Below, piece by piece: positions 9,135 to 17,161 of a DNA stretch of 64,000 bases; position 1 is the stretch's first letter, and each line of letters starts with the position of its first letter. The DNA comes from Lachnospiraceae bacterium (lineage in GTDB: Bacteria > Bacillota > Clostridia > Lachnospirales > Lachnospiraceae). The position numbers and the translations under genes were made by a program. The notes beneath the pieces were generated by a model, which made no database searches, was not told the DNA's origin, and worked only from the letters and a program-made list of their open reading frames with translations. Location: assembly GCA_017620375.1 (NCBI GenBank), contig JAFZQN010000080.1, positions 8,130-72,129 on the forward strand. Direction: 5' to 3'.

Positions 9135-10571
9135 TTATACGTTTAATACGCTTTCAACCGGTGCTTCATAGATCCTGTCAAGTACGGGCTTTACAAAATC
9201 AGCCAGGAATTCTTCAACCTGGGAAACGGAACGTCCGGTATACTTTGCAGGATCGAGGTTAGAGCGGAGCTCTTCGTCACTTAACTTAAATGCAGGATCG
9301 GCTGCGATACGATCGATAAGGTCGCAAGCCTTTCCTTCAAGCTTAACACCTGCGGCAGCAGCATGAGAATGAACACGGAGTCTCTCATGAAGCTCCTGAC
9401 GGTCGCCGCCACGCTTAACGGATTCCATCATGATGTTTTCGGTAGCCATGTAAGGAAGCTTTTCCATAACTCTGCGGGTGATGACCTTATCATATACAAC
9501 AAGTCCTGAGGAGATGTTGATGTAGATGTTTAAGATCGCATCAACTGCGAGGAATGCTTCTGCTACACTGATCCTCTTGTTAGCGGAGTCATCCAGAGTT
9601 CTTTCAAACATCTGGGTAGCTGCGGTCATGGCGGGGTTAAGTGAATCTATAATGACGTAACGGGCAAGTGCATCGATACGTTCACTTCTCATAGGATTTC
9701 TCTTGTAAGGCATAGCCGATGAACCGATCTGGGTGCTCTCGAAAGGCTCTTCCATTTCTTCGAAGGACTGAAGGATACGGAGATCCTGAGTAAACTTATA
9801 TGCACTCTGTGCAAAGCCGGAGAGTACATTTAAGAAGAATGAGTCGAGCTTTCTTGAATATGTCTGTCCGGATACAGGCATGCATGCTTCAAATCCGAGA
9901 TCTGCTGCGATAAGAGCCTCAAGCTCTTTTACCTTAGCCTCATCATTCTCAAAAAGCTCCATGAAGCTTGCCTGTGTACCTGTGGTACCCTTTGATCCGA
10001 GAAGCTTAAGTCTACCCATCTGGAACTCAAGGTTTTCAACGTCCATAAGGAGTTCGTTGAGCCAGAGAGTAGCACGCTTTCCGACGGTGGTCAGCTGAGC
10101 GGGCTGAAGGTGGGTATATGCGAGGCAGGGAAGTGCTTTATACTTTTCAGCAAACTCGGAAAGGTTCTTTATAACCTGGCCGGCTTTCTTAAGAACGAGT
10201 TTTGAAGCCTCTCTTAAAACGATAACATCGGTATTGTCCGTTACATAGCAGGAGGTAGCTCCCAAGTGGATGATGGGCTCTGCCTTCGGGCACTGAAGTC
10301 CGTATGCGTAAACATGGCTCATAACATCATGACGTACAATCTTTTCTCTGGCTTTTGCTTCATCAAAGTTGATGTCGGTAGCATGAGCTTCAAGCTCGGC
10401 TATCTGCTCGTCAGTGATATTAAGTCCTAATTTCTGCTCAGATCTTGCAAGTGAGATCCAAAGCTTTCTCCATGTACGGAATTTAAATTCCTCGCTGAAA
10501 ATGTACTGCATATCGTCGCTGGCATAACGTGTTGAAAGCGGGGATATGTATTTTGTTCTGTCCTCTGACAT
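9135..10571 (-). CDS. purB: Adenylosuccinate lyase
   Basis: 478-aa fumarate-lyase superfamily protein ('GSSAMPYKRNP' signature). Confidence 0.93.
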   Translation of the reverse strand: MSEDRTKYISPLSTRYASDDMQYIFSEEFKFRTWRKLWISLARSEQKLGLNITDEQIAELEAHATDINFDEAKAREKIVRHDVMSHVYAYGLQCPKAEPIIHLGATSCYVTDNTDVIVLREASKLVLKKAGQVIKNLSEFAEKYKALPCLAYTHLQPAQLTTVGKRATLWLNELLMDVENLEFQMGRLKLLGSKGTTGTQASFMELFENDEAKVKELEALIAADLGFEACMPVSGQTYSRKLDSFFLNVLSGFAQSAYKFTQDLRILQSFEEMEEPFESTQIGSSAMPYKRNPMRSERIDALARYVIIDSLNPAMTAATQMFERTLDDSANKRISVAEAFLAVDAILNIYINISSGLVVYDKVITRRVMEKLPYMATENIMMESVKRGGDRQELHERLRVHSHAAAAGVKLEGKACDLIDRIAADPAFKLSDEELRSNLDPAKYTGRSVSQVEEFLADFVKPVLDRIYEAPVESVLNV

Positions 10572-10604
10572 ACGGCCTCCTAATTTGATATCTTGATTTT
10601 CTAT

Positions 10605-10657
10605 TTAAGGCTTCCCCTCAGAGGGGAAGCTGTCAGCGTAAGCTGACTGATGAGGTG
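10605..10657. repeat. GC-rich two-hairpin intergenic repeat, family B, copy 1
   Basis: cttcccctcagaggggaag, then tcagc-gtaa-gctga, then gatgaggtg, abutting the purN stop codon. An inverted copy lies at 52965-53017. Confidence 0.65.
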
Positions 10658-11263
10658 TTAAGCCTCGCTAAGTTTCTTTGCCACAATTTCGGCAGCCTGC
10701 GGAAGTATGATCCACTCGGCCTGTTCCATTACTCTTTTTTGTAAAACTTCCGGGGTATCACCGTCTAACACATCTACGGCCTTCTGAAGGATGATCTTGC
10801 CGCCGTCGGTCACTTCGTTTACGAAATGAACGGTAGCGCCGGTTACCTTTACTCCGTAGTTTAATACTGCTTCATGTACATGCAGCCCGTAGAATCCGTC
10901 TCCACAGAAGGAGGGGATAAGAGCGGGGTGTACATTTATGATCTTATCGGGATACTGCTTTACAAAGTCTGCCGAAAGCACCAGCATGAAGCCGGCCAGG
11001 ATTATCATCTGTATCCCGTTTTCATCCAGAGTCTTTTTAAGGTCTGCCTCAAAGGAGGGCTTGTCGGGATATTTCTTCCTTTCGACTACTACTGACTTGA
11101 TACCTGCTTTTGCAGCACGCTCTAAAGCAAACACTCCGGGTTTGCTGGCAACCACCAGGGCTATCTCACCGTGGGGTATCTTTCCTGCCTTTTCGGCATC
11201 TATAAGTGCCTGCAGGTTTGTTCCGCCACCGGAAACGAAAACTGCGATCTTGGTTTTATTCAT
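10658..11263 (-). CDS. purN: Phosphoribosylglycinamide formyltransferase
   Basis: 201 aa with 'IAVFVSGGGTNLQALID' and 'IINVHPALIP'. Confidence 0.93.
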   Translation of the reverse strand: MNKTKIAVFVSGGGTNLQALIDAEKAGKIPHGEIALVVASKPGVFALERAAKAGIKSVVVERKKYPDKPSFEADLKKTLDENGIQMIILAGFMLVLSADFVKQYPDKIINVHPALIPSFCGDGFYGLHVHEAVLNYGVKVTGATVHFVNEVTDGGKIILQKAVDVLDGDTPEVLQKRVMEQAEWIILPQAAEIVAKKLSEA

Positions 11264-11310
11264 GAGAGTTCCTTTCTTTTCAATCAGAGAACTTTCCCTC
11301 TGATTGAAAT

Positions 11311-12351
11311 TTATACCAACTCAACTCCATCGATACCCTCAACAAGTTCACCGATGACATATGCATCAACATCGTTAGCTTTAAGATTTGCGATAGCCTT
11401 GTCCACATCCTCGGGAGCTACGATAACGCTCATGCCTACACCCATGTTGTAGGTGTTGAACATATCATGCTCATCGATCTTACCTTCTTTTGCAAGGAGG
11501 TTGAAGATGGGAAGAACTCTTACGTCTGACTTCTTTATGCGAGCGCCCAAGCCCTTCTTTATGCTTCTCGGGATATTCTCATAGAAGCCGCCGCCTGTGA
11601 TATGGGAGATACCCTTAACCTTAACTTCGTCGATGAGCGCCAGGATGGGCTTTACATAGATCTTGGTAGGAGTAAGAAGTGTCTCGCCAAGACCCTTGCC
11701 GCCGAGCTCGGGGATCGGGATGGTAAGATTGGTATGCTCTATATTGAATACTTTTCTAACGAGTGAAAAACCATTTGAATGAACACCTGTTGAAGGAAGG
11801 GCGATAACTACGTCGCCTGCTTTCTGTGTTGAGGTGTCGATAACGTTTGCCTTATCAACGATACCTACAGAAAAGCCTGCAAGGTCATATTCTTCCTCGG
11901 GCATAAGTCCGGGATGCTCAGCAGTCTCGCCGCCGATAAGTGCACAGCCTGCCTGAACACAGCCTTCAGCCACACCGCCTACGATGGTAGCTATTTTCTC
12001 GGGGATGTTCTTGCCGCATGCGATATAGTCAAGGAAAAACATGGGACGTGCGCCGCAGCAGATGATGTCGTTTACACACATAGCTACGCAGTCAATACCT
12101 ACGGTATCATGCTTATCCATCAGGAATGCCAGCTTGATCTTTGTACCAACACCGTCGGTACCGCTGACGAGTACGGGCTCCTTCATACCGGCGATATTGG
12201 GAACAAAGAGTCCTCCGAAACCTCCGATATCAGGGGTGCTTTCAGATGTTTTGGTCCTGGCGATGCTGCTCTTCATGAGCTCCACTGCCTTGTAGCCTGC
12301 GGTGATGTCAACACCGGCTGCTTTGTAGCTTTCGCTGAAACTGTTGTTCAT
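11311..12351 (-). CDS. purM: Phosphoribosylformylglycinamidine cyclo-ligase (AIR synthetase)
   Basis: 346 aa with 'YKAAGVDI', 'GTDGVGTK' and 'GGETAEHPG'. Confidence 0.93.
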   Translation of the reverse strand: MNNSFSESYKAAGVDITAGYKAVELMKSSIARTKTSESTPDIGGFGGLFVPNIAGMKEPVLVSGTDGVGTKIKLAFLMDKHDTVGIDCVAMCVNDIICCGARPMFFLDYIACGKNIPEKIATIVGGVAEGCVQAGCALIGGETAEHPGLMPEEEYDLAGFSVGIVDKANVIDTSTQKAGDVVIALPSTGVHSNGFSLVRKVFNIEHTNLTIPIPELGGKGLGETLLTPTKIYVKPILALIDEVKVKGISHITGGGFYENIPRSIKKGLGARIKKSDVRVLPIFNLLAKEGKIDEHDMFNTYNMGVGMSVIVAPEDVDKAIANLKANDVDAYVIGELVEGIDGVELV

Positions 12352-12421
12352 GGTTTTCCTCCGTTTGTAAGCTTTGGTTTATAGTATTTTATTGCATTTA
12401 CTTTGTATTTATAAAACACCA

Positions 12422-12454
12422 AGAAGTTGTCATGGTTAAACCATGGCAACTTCT
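12422..12454 (-). terminator. 14-bp stem hairpin enclosing the purE stop codon (weak intra-operon terminator or processing/stability element)
   Basis: agaagttgtcatgg-ttaaa-ccatggcaacttct. On the minus strand it is followed by TGGTGTTTTAT. Confidence 0.3.
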
Positions 12455-12921
12455 GTATTTGCCTGTAAAACTTTTTCTGAATTGGCCTTTCGTTCTTTAT
12501 CCAATTTATCTGCAAGGGTATCATCATTAAGCGATAAGATTTCTATAGCAAGCAGTGCTGCATTGCTCGAACCGTCTATACCAACGGTCGCAACCGGTAT
12601 GCCGGAAGGCATCTGTACCGTAGAAAGGAGAGCATCCATACCGCCTAAGGAAGATGCATTTACGGGTATGCCGATAACGGGTATGGTGGTATTGGCTGCA
12701 ATGGCTCCTGCCAAGTGTGCTGCCATTCCGGCAGCGGCTATGATAACTCCAAATCCGTTGGCTCTGGCGTTAACGGAGAAGTCTCTTGCCTCTACAGGCG
12801 TCCTGTGTGCTGAAAACACATGTATTTCATAAGGAACCTCAAATCTCTTTAAGATATCTACTGCCTTTTCGAGCTTGGGAAGATCGCTCTTGCTTCCCAT
12901 GATGATGCCTACTTTTTTCAT
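12436..12921 (-). CDS. purE: N5-carboxyaminoimidazole ribonucleotide mutase (class I PurE-like)
   Basis: 161 aa with 'IIMGSKSDL' and 'AGMAAHLAG'. Confidence 0.9.
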   Translation of the reverse strand: MKKVGIIMGSKSDLPKLEKAVDILKRFEVPYEIHVFSAHRTPVEARDFSVNARANGFGVIIAAAGMAAHLAGAIAANTTIPVIGIPVNASSLGGMDALLSTVQMPSGIPVATVGIDGSSNAALLAIEILSLNDDTLADKLDKERKANSEKVLQANTEVAMV

Positions 12922-12985
12922 TTTGAACCTCTTAATGCTTTTCTACCTATATAAATGTCGGTTGTCCTAAAAAAAGAACAAAATC

Positions 12986-13014
12986 ATTGTAGCATAGAGT
13001 TTGTGGCAAGTCAA
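12986..13014 (-). promoter_or_regulatory. Sigma-70-type promoter candidate for the pur operon
   Basis: Minus strand: TTGACT, 17-nt spacer, TACAAT, about 65 nt upstream of the purE ATG. Confidence 0.55.
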
Positions 13015-13106
13015 TATGGGTAAAATGACGAAAGAAAAAATATTTTTGCTTTATAATATAGTAACTTTTTTGTCCGGAAGGATTTTTGATAATCAAACAC
13101 CATATA

Positions 13107-13151
13107 TCAGTTTTAAAACTGACAGATCGTAAACTGGCAGTTTTAAAACTG
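13107..13151. promoter_or_regulatory. Two copies of a perfect palindrome CAGTTTTAAAACTG, 30 bp centre to centre (candidate operator pair)
   Basis: TCAGTTTTAAAACTGA at 13107-13122 and CAGTTTTAAAACTG at 13138-13151. Confidence 0.5.
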
Positions 13152-13251
13152 ATAAAAATGCTATTTGGTTAACTTCTCGGAGCGGGTTTATAAAAGAAGT
13201 AACGGGTATTAATAATCTGGGTCTGATATTGATAGAAGGGTTATGAGATCT

Positions 13252-13287
13252 TAAAAACAAAGAGCTACAGAATCACTGCAGCTCTTT
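13252..13287 (-). terminator. Rho-independent terminator downstream of precursor P1
   Basis: Minus strand: aaagagctgcag-tgatt-ctgtagctcttt followed by GTTTTTAA. A second weaker hairpin (aaaaccc/gggtttt) directly abuts the P1 stop. Confidence 0.65.
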
Positions 13288-13380
13288 GTATATCTTGATT
13301 TAATTACACGTTCTTCGATTATGCTGAGATCCCTAACCTGCTTAGGAAGCTCGACAAAACCCAAGTAGATAGTGGGGTTT

Positions 13381-13602
13381 TTAGAACCAAGGCCAAAACC
13401 ACCAACTCTTCTTTTTGTAATGGACCGTCTTCATACCAGTATATCCACCACATACATTTTTCGGTTGTTCTACTTCTTCATAACCGATAACCTCACCGGT
13501 AGAAGAAAGAATCTCCTTGGGTGTGGGAGGATTGTAAGGTATACATTCAGTTGCAGAAAATGTAAGAACCTCAACCTCTGGAGTTACATATGCCTTCTTC
13601 AT
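13381..13602 (-). CDS. Lasso-type precursor-like peptide P1 (73 aa) with Trp-rich C-terminus
   Basis: MKKAYVTPEVEVLTFSATECIPYNPPTPKE...HYKKKSWWFWPWF. I take the ATG at 13602 (RBS GGAGG, complement of 13611-13615) rather than the track's GTG at 13611. The leader has the YxxPxVxxL...T motif shared with P2-P5. Confidence 0.6.
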   Translation of the reverse strand: MKKAYVTPEVEVLTFSATECIPYNPPTPKEILSSTGEVIGYEEVEQPKNVCGGYTGMKTVHYKKKSWWFWPWF

Positions 13603-14365
13603 TTGTTTCACCTCCGTTCTTATTTAAAATGAATTTATTGTTAATTATAGTATTGTAAACTACTTGAGCCGCTTCTGGATCCATATTACATTCAAGTTTG
13701 TAAAAGGGAAGGCTTCCAACCAATTTAAGATATAAATTCATGACTAGAGCTTTTTGACTAGGATTTGTTGGTACATGAGTACGCTTCATTAACATGTCCA
13801 ACGATTCTTTAACTCCGAGCGGTTTAACTTGGTTTTCTGTAGCTCTTTCAAGTTTTACTATCGCTTTTAGTGGTGCAGCAATGTTGTTGCTAAGATGATG
13901 CTTTCCGTTCCATGGAGTACCATAGACTTTCATTTCATCAACACGGATCAGAGGCTTGTCGTCATTGATCATCTGAACTCTTGAACCGAATACTTCTCGC
14001 CAAAGTCTGGTGTGAGTACTTTTCCCGGTGCCGCTTTTGGCGGTAAAGATTATTCCTTTGCCATCTATGGCAAGCGCGGATCCGTGAAGCATTATTGCGT
14101 TATACTCGCTTAATTTGTCTGCAATTAGAATATGAATTGCATTGTTTTCTAGAAAACTTTTAGGATAAGCGACCTTTGGACTTCCTTCTGACTCATTTAA
14201 GACATCAAAATCCGCTTGAACACCAATAATGGTCTCTTCGTCAGGTTCAACCGAAAAAGCAGGTTTTTTTGAAGTATAATATCCTGTAAAAAATGTCTTA
14301 TTCTCTTCATACTTGCATTTGACATTTATAGGAATGCCGGCAAGTTCAATACTAAAATCTTCCAC
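13571..14365 (-). CDS. HPr-kinase-related P-loop kinase, divergent from the three PadeK-like paralogs
   Basis: 264 aa with 'MLHGSALAIDGKGIIFTAKSGTGKSTHTRLW'. GTG start with RBS AGGAG. Its 3' end overlaps the P1 start by 32 nt. Confidence 0.6.
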   Translation of the reverse strand: MEDFSIELAGIPINVKCKYEENKTFFTGYYTSKKPAFSVEPDEETIIGVQADFDVLNESEGSPKVAYPKSFLENNAIHILIADKLSEYNAIMLHGSALAIDGKGIIFTAKSGTGKSTHTRLWREVFGSRVQMINDDKPLIRVDEMKVYGTPWNGKHHLSNNIAAPLKAIVKLERATENQVKPLGVKESLDMLMKRTHVPTNPSQKALVMNLYLKLVGSLPFYKLECNMDPEAAQVVYNTIINNKFILNKNGGETNEEGICNSRG

Positions 14366-14453
14366 AGAAGCTCCTGATAACTAATTCTTTTGTATAAAAA
14401 CTCAAGTCGAAATAATATATCCCAAATGAATTAACGATTATTTTCATTAGTAT

Positions 14454-14481
14454 ATTATATTATCAACATGCATTTGTGCAA
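14454..14481 (-). promoter_or_regulatory. Promoter candidate for the kinase-P1 unit
   Basis: Minus strand: TTGCAC, 16-nt spacer, TATAAT. Confidence 0.4.
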
Positions 14482-14650
14482 GACTTCTAACAGAATTGTA
14501 ATAAATTTACCTATGAAACAATACTCAAAGTGATTAGGGATATGAAGATGACGAAGATCAAAGACGCCGGCTATATTCCCTTCTATATTAGGACAAGAGT
14601 TACAGACAGCCGACAAAAATGGTAGATTTTAACACAGTCTATGAGATAGT

Positions 14651-14701
14651 AAAGAATAAAGCCCCCAAAGCCCTTGTTATACAAGGATTTAGAGGGCTTT
14701 T
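14651..14701 (-). terminator. Terminator-like hairpin downstream of the module-1 cyclase
   Basis: Minus strand: aaagccct...ccttgt-ata-acaagg...gcttt, followed by a G/T-rich tail (gggggctttattcttt). Confidence 0.4.
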
Positions 14702-14816
14702 GACTTCAAAAATTGTCAAAAACAGGGTATTAAAAGTGATTGCAAGTATTTTGACAGAGTTATTAAGAAAGCGATCAGTTAAGGAGTAACCGAGAAAGAT
14801 CATTAATGAGAACTTT

Positions 14817-16727
14817 TTATAATGATAGGGAAATTTCTCTGGTTTTTTTGAGAGTCTGTTGTGCACTGATCAAGTTATTTAGGCAGTTAATGGTTCTTAT
14901 ATCTTGTATACTTTCTTCATAAGTTGGTTTTTCTTTATTGACAAAGTTTCTTAGTTTGTTAAAATCTATGTATTTACCCCAGGTTGCTTCATCAAGTTTG
15001 GAAACAACTGCATTCTTCATAGATAAGTACTTATCATACCAGTTTGGATCATTAGGAAGATTTTTTTTGCTGGTAGTTGACTTTTCAACTAATTTATATA
15101 ATGAAGGGGGCATAATATCCTTAAAAGCTTCACGAAAGATACTGCGATTTTGACCCGGCTTCAAAAATTGCTGCCTCGGAATGGATACGGCATAATCAAT
15201 TACACGATAATCCAGATATGGGATTAAATATCTTACATCACAAAATGCACCTTGTAGCGATACATTGTCTAATCGATTTCGACTTCCGCCGGTCAAAATA
15301 TACTTTTTTGTATCAATATTAAAGTATAGTTTTGAAGGGGCATCCTTTTTATGTTCTTGTGAAAAAACGTCATTAATTAATCCTTTTGCATTGATTGGGC
15401 AAGAAAAAGGGTTACGAAGACTTTTCTTCCCGCTGGCAATATTATTTCTGATGCTCTTTATCGTCCTTATAAGTCGGCGTGGCTGTCCGCTTAATCGCGC
15501 ATACATATATTTGAAATAATCAAAATATTCATGACTATGATACATTTCAAACGGATCAGCACGATGACTGACGCCTTCGTCACCGCCATGTCCTGTAAAG
15601 ATAGCTTTTATCCCATAATAGTTCATAAAAAGGCTTGTTTCGGTGATTTTGATCGTATTAATGTACGGCGGGGTAACAAAGTCATCTTCTGAGAGATTAT
15701 CGGTTGTTATTTCATTGCATATCTTATAATTATTTTGGAGAGGCATAGTCATATCAGGGATAAAATGCCTGTAATTACAAGTTATTTTTTCCTGATCGCA
15801 AATATCTTTTATTACTAATCTTTCATCATCGTCAGAGTATGGCAGATTATCAGGAGAATCTGACCACGAAAAGTAATAGCATTTTCTGCCAAGTTTATGA
15901 ATTAAAATGCTGATCACACCCGAATCAAGACCTCCGGATAGTTCAGCGCCTACATCTCCGGTAATCACATCCAGTCTCCGTTTTATGGAGTCGGTGATTA
16001 ATTCTTTAAGGTTATTCTTGTATTGAAGGTCGCTGTTAAACTTGATTTTTTTCTTACCTAATTCCCAGAATTTTATGGATGACTGATCAAATTTGCCATT
16101 ATTAAACTTTATCGTCAGACAGGTTCCTGGTTTGACACAAAAAATGTTAGAATATTCGGTATCCTCGAGGCCTAAAGTTTTGTATCCCATAATGCTTCTA
16201 AAAATCCATTGTTCATTAAGAGTTATATTTGCACGTTGAATACCGGTAAGACCTCTGATATCGGTGGAGAAAGCAATAAAATCATTCTCGATGCAATAGA
16301 ATAAGGGTCTAATCCCCATATGATCTCGGAATAGGGTAAGTTCTTTTTTTTCAGAATTATAGATGGCTCCTGAGAAATCTCCGTTAATATTTTTGAGTGC
16401 AGAGAGTCCTCTTGCGGTTATATAGGAAATTAATAATTGTTCATCAGATACAGTGGGAGGAACTGAACAATCTTCTAGCAGTTCAGATCTATTGTATATT
16501 AATGCATCAATGGCATATATCCGGCTATTGTTACTTATCACTGGTTCACTAGTATCAATGCTTTGATTGATTCTATCTTGACAGCAACCGATATAGTAAT
16601 CCTTTGATTGAATGATTTTATTATTGTATTTTCCATAAGGGAGATTCCAGGATTGCATCCCTTTTATCTCTTTATCGATTTCCATGGAAAAAGTGTACTT
16701 GTTTATCAGACCAAAAATGCTACTCAT
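14817..16727 (-). CDS. Asparagine-synthetase-like lasso cyclase (C protein), module 1
   Basis: 636 aa. The N-terminus 'MSSIFG' lacks the Cys2 glutaminase nucleophile of true AsnB. PP-loop 'AELSGGLDSGV'. Adjacent to precursor and kinase genes. Confidence 0.8.
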   Translation of the reverse strand: MSSIFGLINKYTFSMEIDKEIKGMQSWNLPYGKYNNKIIQSKDYYIGCCQDRINQSIDTSEPVISNNSRIYAIDALIYNRSELLEDCSVPPTVSDEQLLISYITARGLSALKNINGDFSGAIYNSEKKELTLFRDHMGIRPLFYCIENDFIAFSTDIRGLTGIQRANITLNEQWIFRSIMGYKTLGLEDTEYSNIFCVKPGTCLTIKFNNGKFDQSSIKFWELGKKKIKFNSDLQYKNNLKELITDSIKRRLDVITGDVGAELSGGLDSGVISILIHKLGRKCYYFSWSDSPDNLPYSDDDERLVIKDICDQEKITCNYRHFIPDMTMPLQNNYKICNEITTDNLSEDDFVTPPYINTIKITETSLFMNYYGIKAIFTGHGGDEGVSHRADPFEMYHSHEYFDYFKYMYARLSGQPRRLIRTIKSIRNNIASGKKSLRNPFSCPINAKGLINDVFSQEHKKDAPSKLYFNIDTKKYILTGGSRNRLDNVSLQGAFCDVRYLIPYLDYRVIDYAVSIPRQQFLKPGQNRSIFREAFKDIMPPSLYKLVEKSTTSKKNLPNDPNWYDKYLSMKNAVVSKLDEATWGKYIDFNKLRNFVNKEKPTYEESIQDIRTINCLNNLISAQQTLKKTREISLSL

Positions 16728-16762
16728 TATAAAACCTCATGTTATGGGGGAATAGTTAATAG

Positions 16763-16796
16763 TAAAAAAATAACCCTTGTCATAAATGACAAGGGT
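16763..16796 (-). terminator. Strong rho-independent terminator between precursor P2 and its cyclase
   Basis: Minus strand: acccttgtca-ttta-tgacaagggt followed by TATTTTTTT. Confidence 0.75.
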
Positions 16797-16812
16797 ATGA
16801 GCCGGAAAACAA

Positions 16813-17025
16813 TTATGATCTTGCACCTGTGGTTGCTTCTTCTTTACCATACTCGGTAGTAGCCTGCTGCTGATTCTGAGGAAGTGCACACTGCCATGTA
16901 GCTGCTTCCTGAACATAGCCATAAAGAGTACCATCGGACTTTATTTCCTGATAAACATTAAAATCACCATTAGCGGTCTCGCCAATGTTAAGAACTACAA
17001 CTTCTGCATTTTTCCAAGTCTTCAT
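16813..17025 (-). CDS. Lasso-type precursor-like peptide P2 (70 aa), C-terminal Ser
   Basis: MKTWKNAEVVVLNIGETANGDFNVYQE...EEATTGARS. RBS GGAGG 8 nt upstream. Leader motif WxxAxVxxL...T(-2). Confidence 0.65.
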   Translation of the reverse strand: MKTWKNAEVVVLNIGETANGDFNVYQEIKSDGTLYGYVQEAATWQCALPQNQQQATTEYGKEEATTGARS

Positions 17026-17083
17026 TATTTATTCCTCCAAAAATATAATAAAAATTCTATGCTTCACATAGTTTTCTTGTTTA

Positions 17084-17112
17084 ATAATACAGATTAATGA
17101 AATGGTTTTCAA
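17084..17112 (-). promoter_or_regulatory. Dedicated promoter candidate for precursor P2
   Basis: Minus strand: TTGAAA, 17-nt spacer, TATTAT. Confidence 0.5.
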
Positions 17113-17161
17113 GGTTTCTAACAAATATGATAGAAATTAATTATATAAATTAATAGGCCTG

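Noticed and set aside
12922-13100. Purine riboswitch or PurR PurBox upstream of purE
   Set aside because: I could not find the conserved guanine-riboswitch junction sequences in the short leader. The only PurBox-like string (complement of about 13064-13080, ..TCCGGACAAAA..) has a mismatch to CCGAAC and is a single copy, so it is not supportable.
14542-14625. 27-codon plus-strand ORF (MKMTKIKDAGYIPFYIRTRVTDSRQKW) in the spacer between the module-1 cyclase and the divergent kinase
   Set aside because: It has a weak RBS, lacks the shared precursor leader motif, and is on the opposite strand to all neighbouring genes.
14639-14866. 75-aa minus-strand ORF overlapping the 3' end of the cyclase
   Set aside because: It overlaps the cyclase stop region and the terminator hairpin, and has no RBS or homology.
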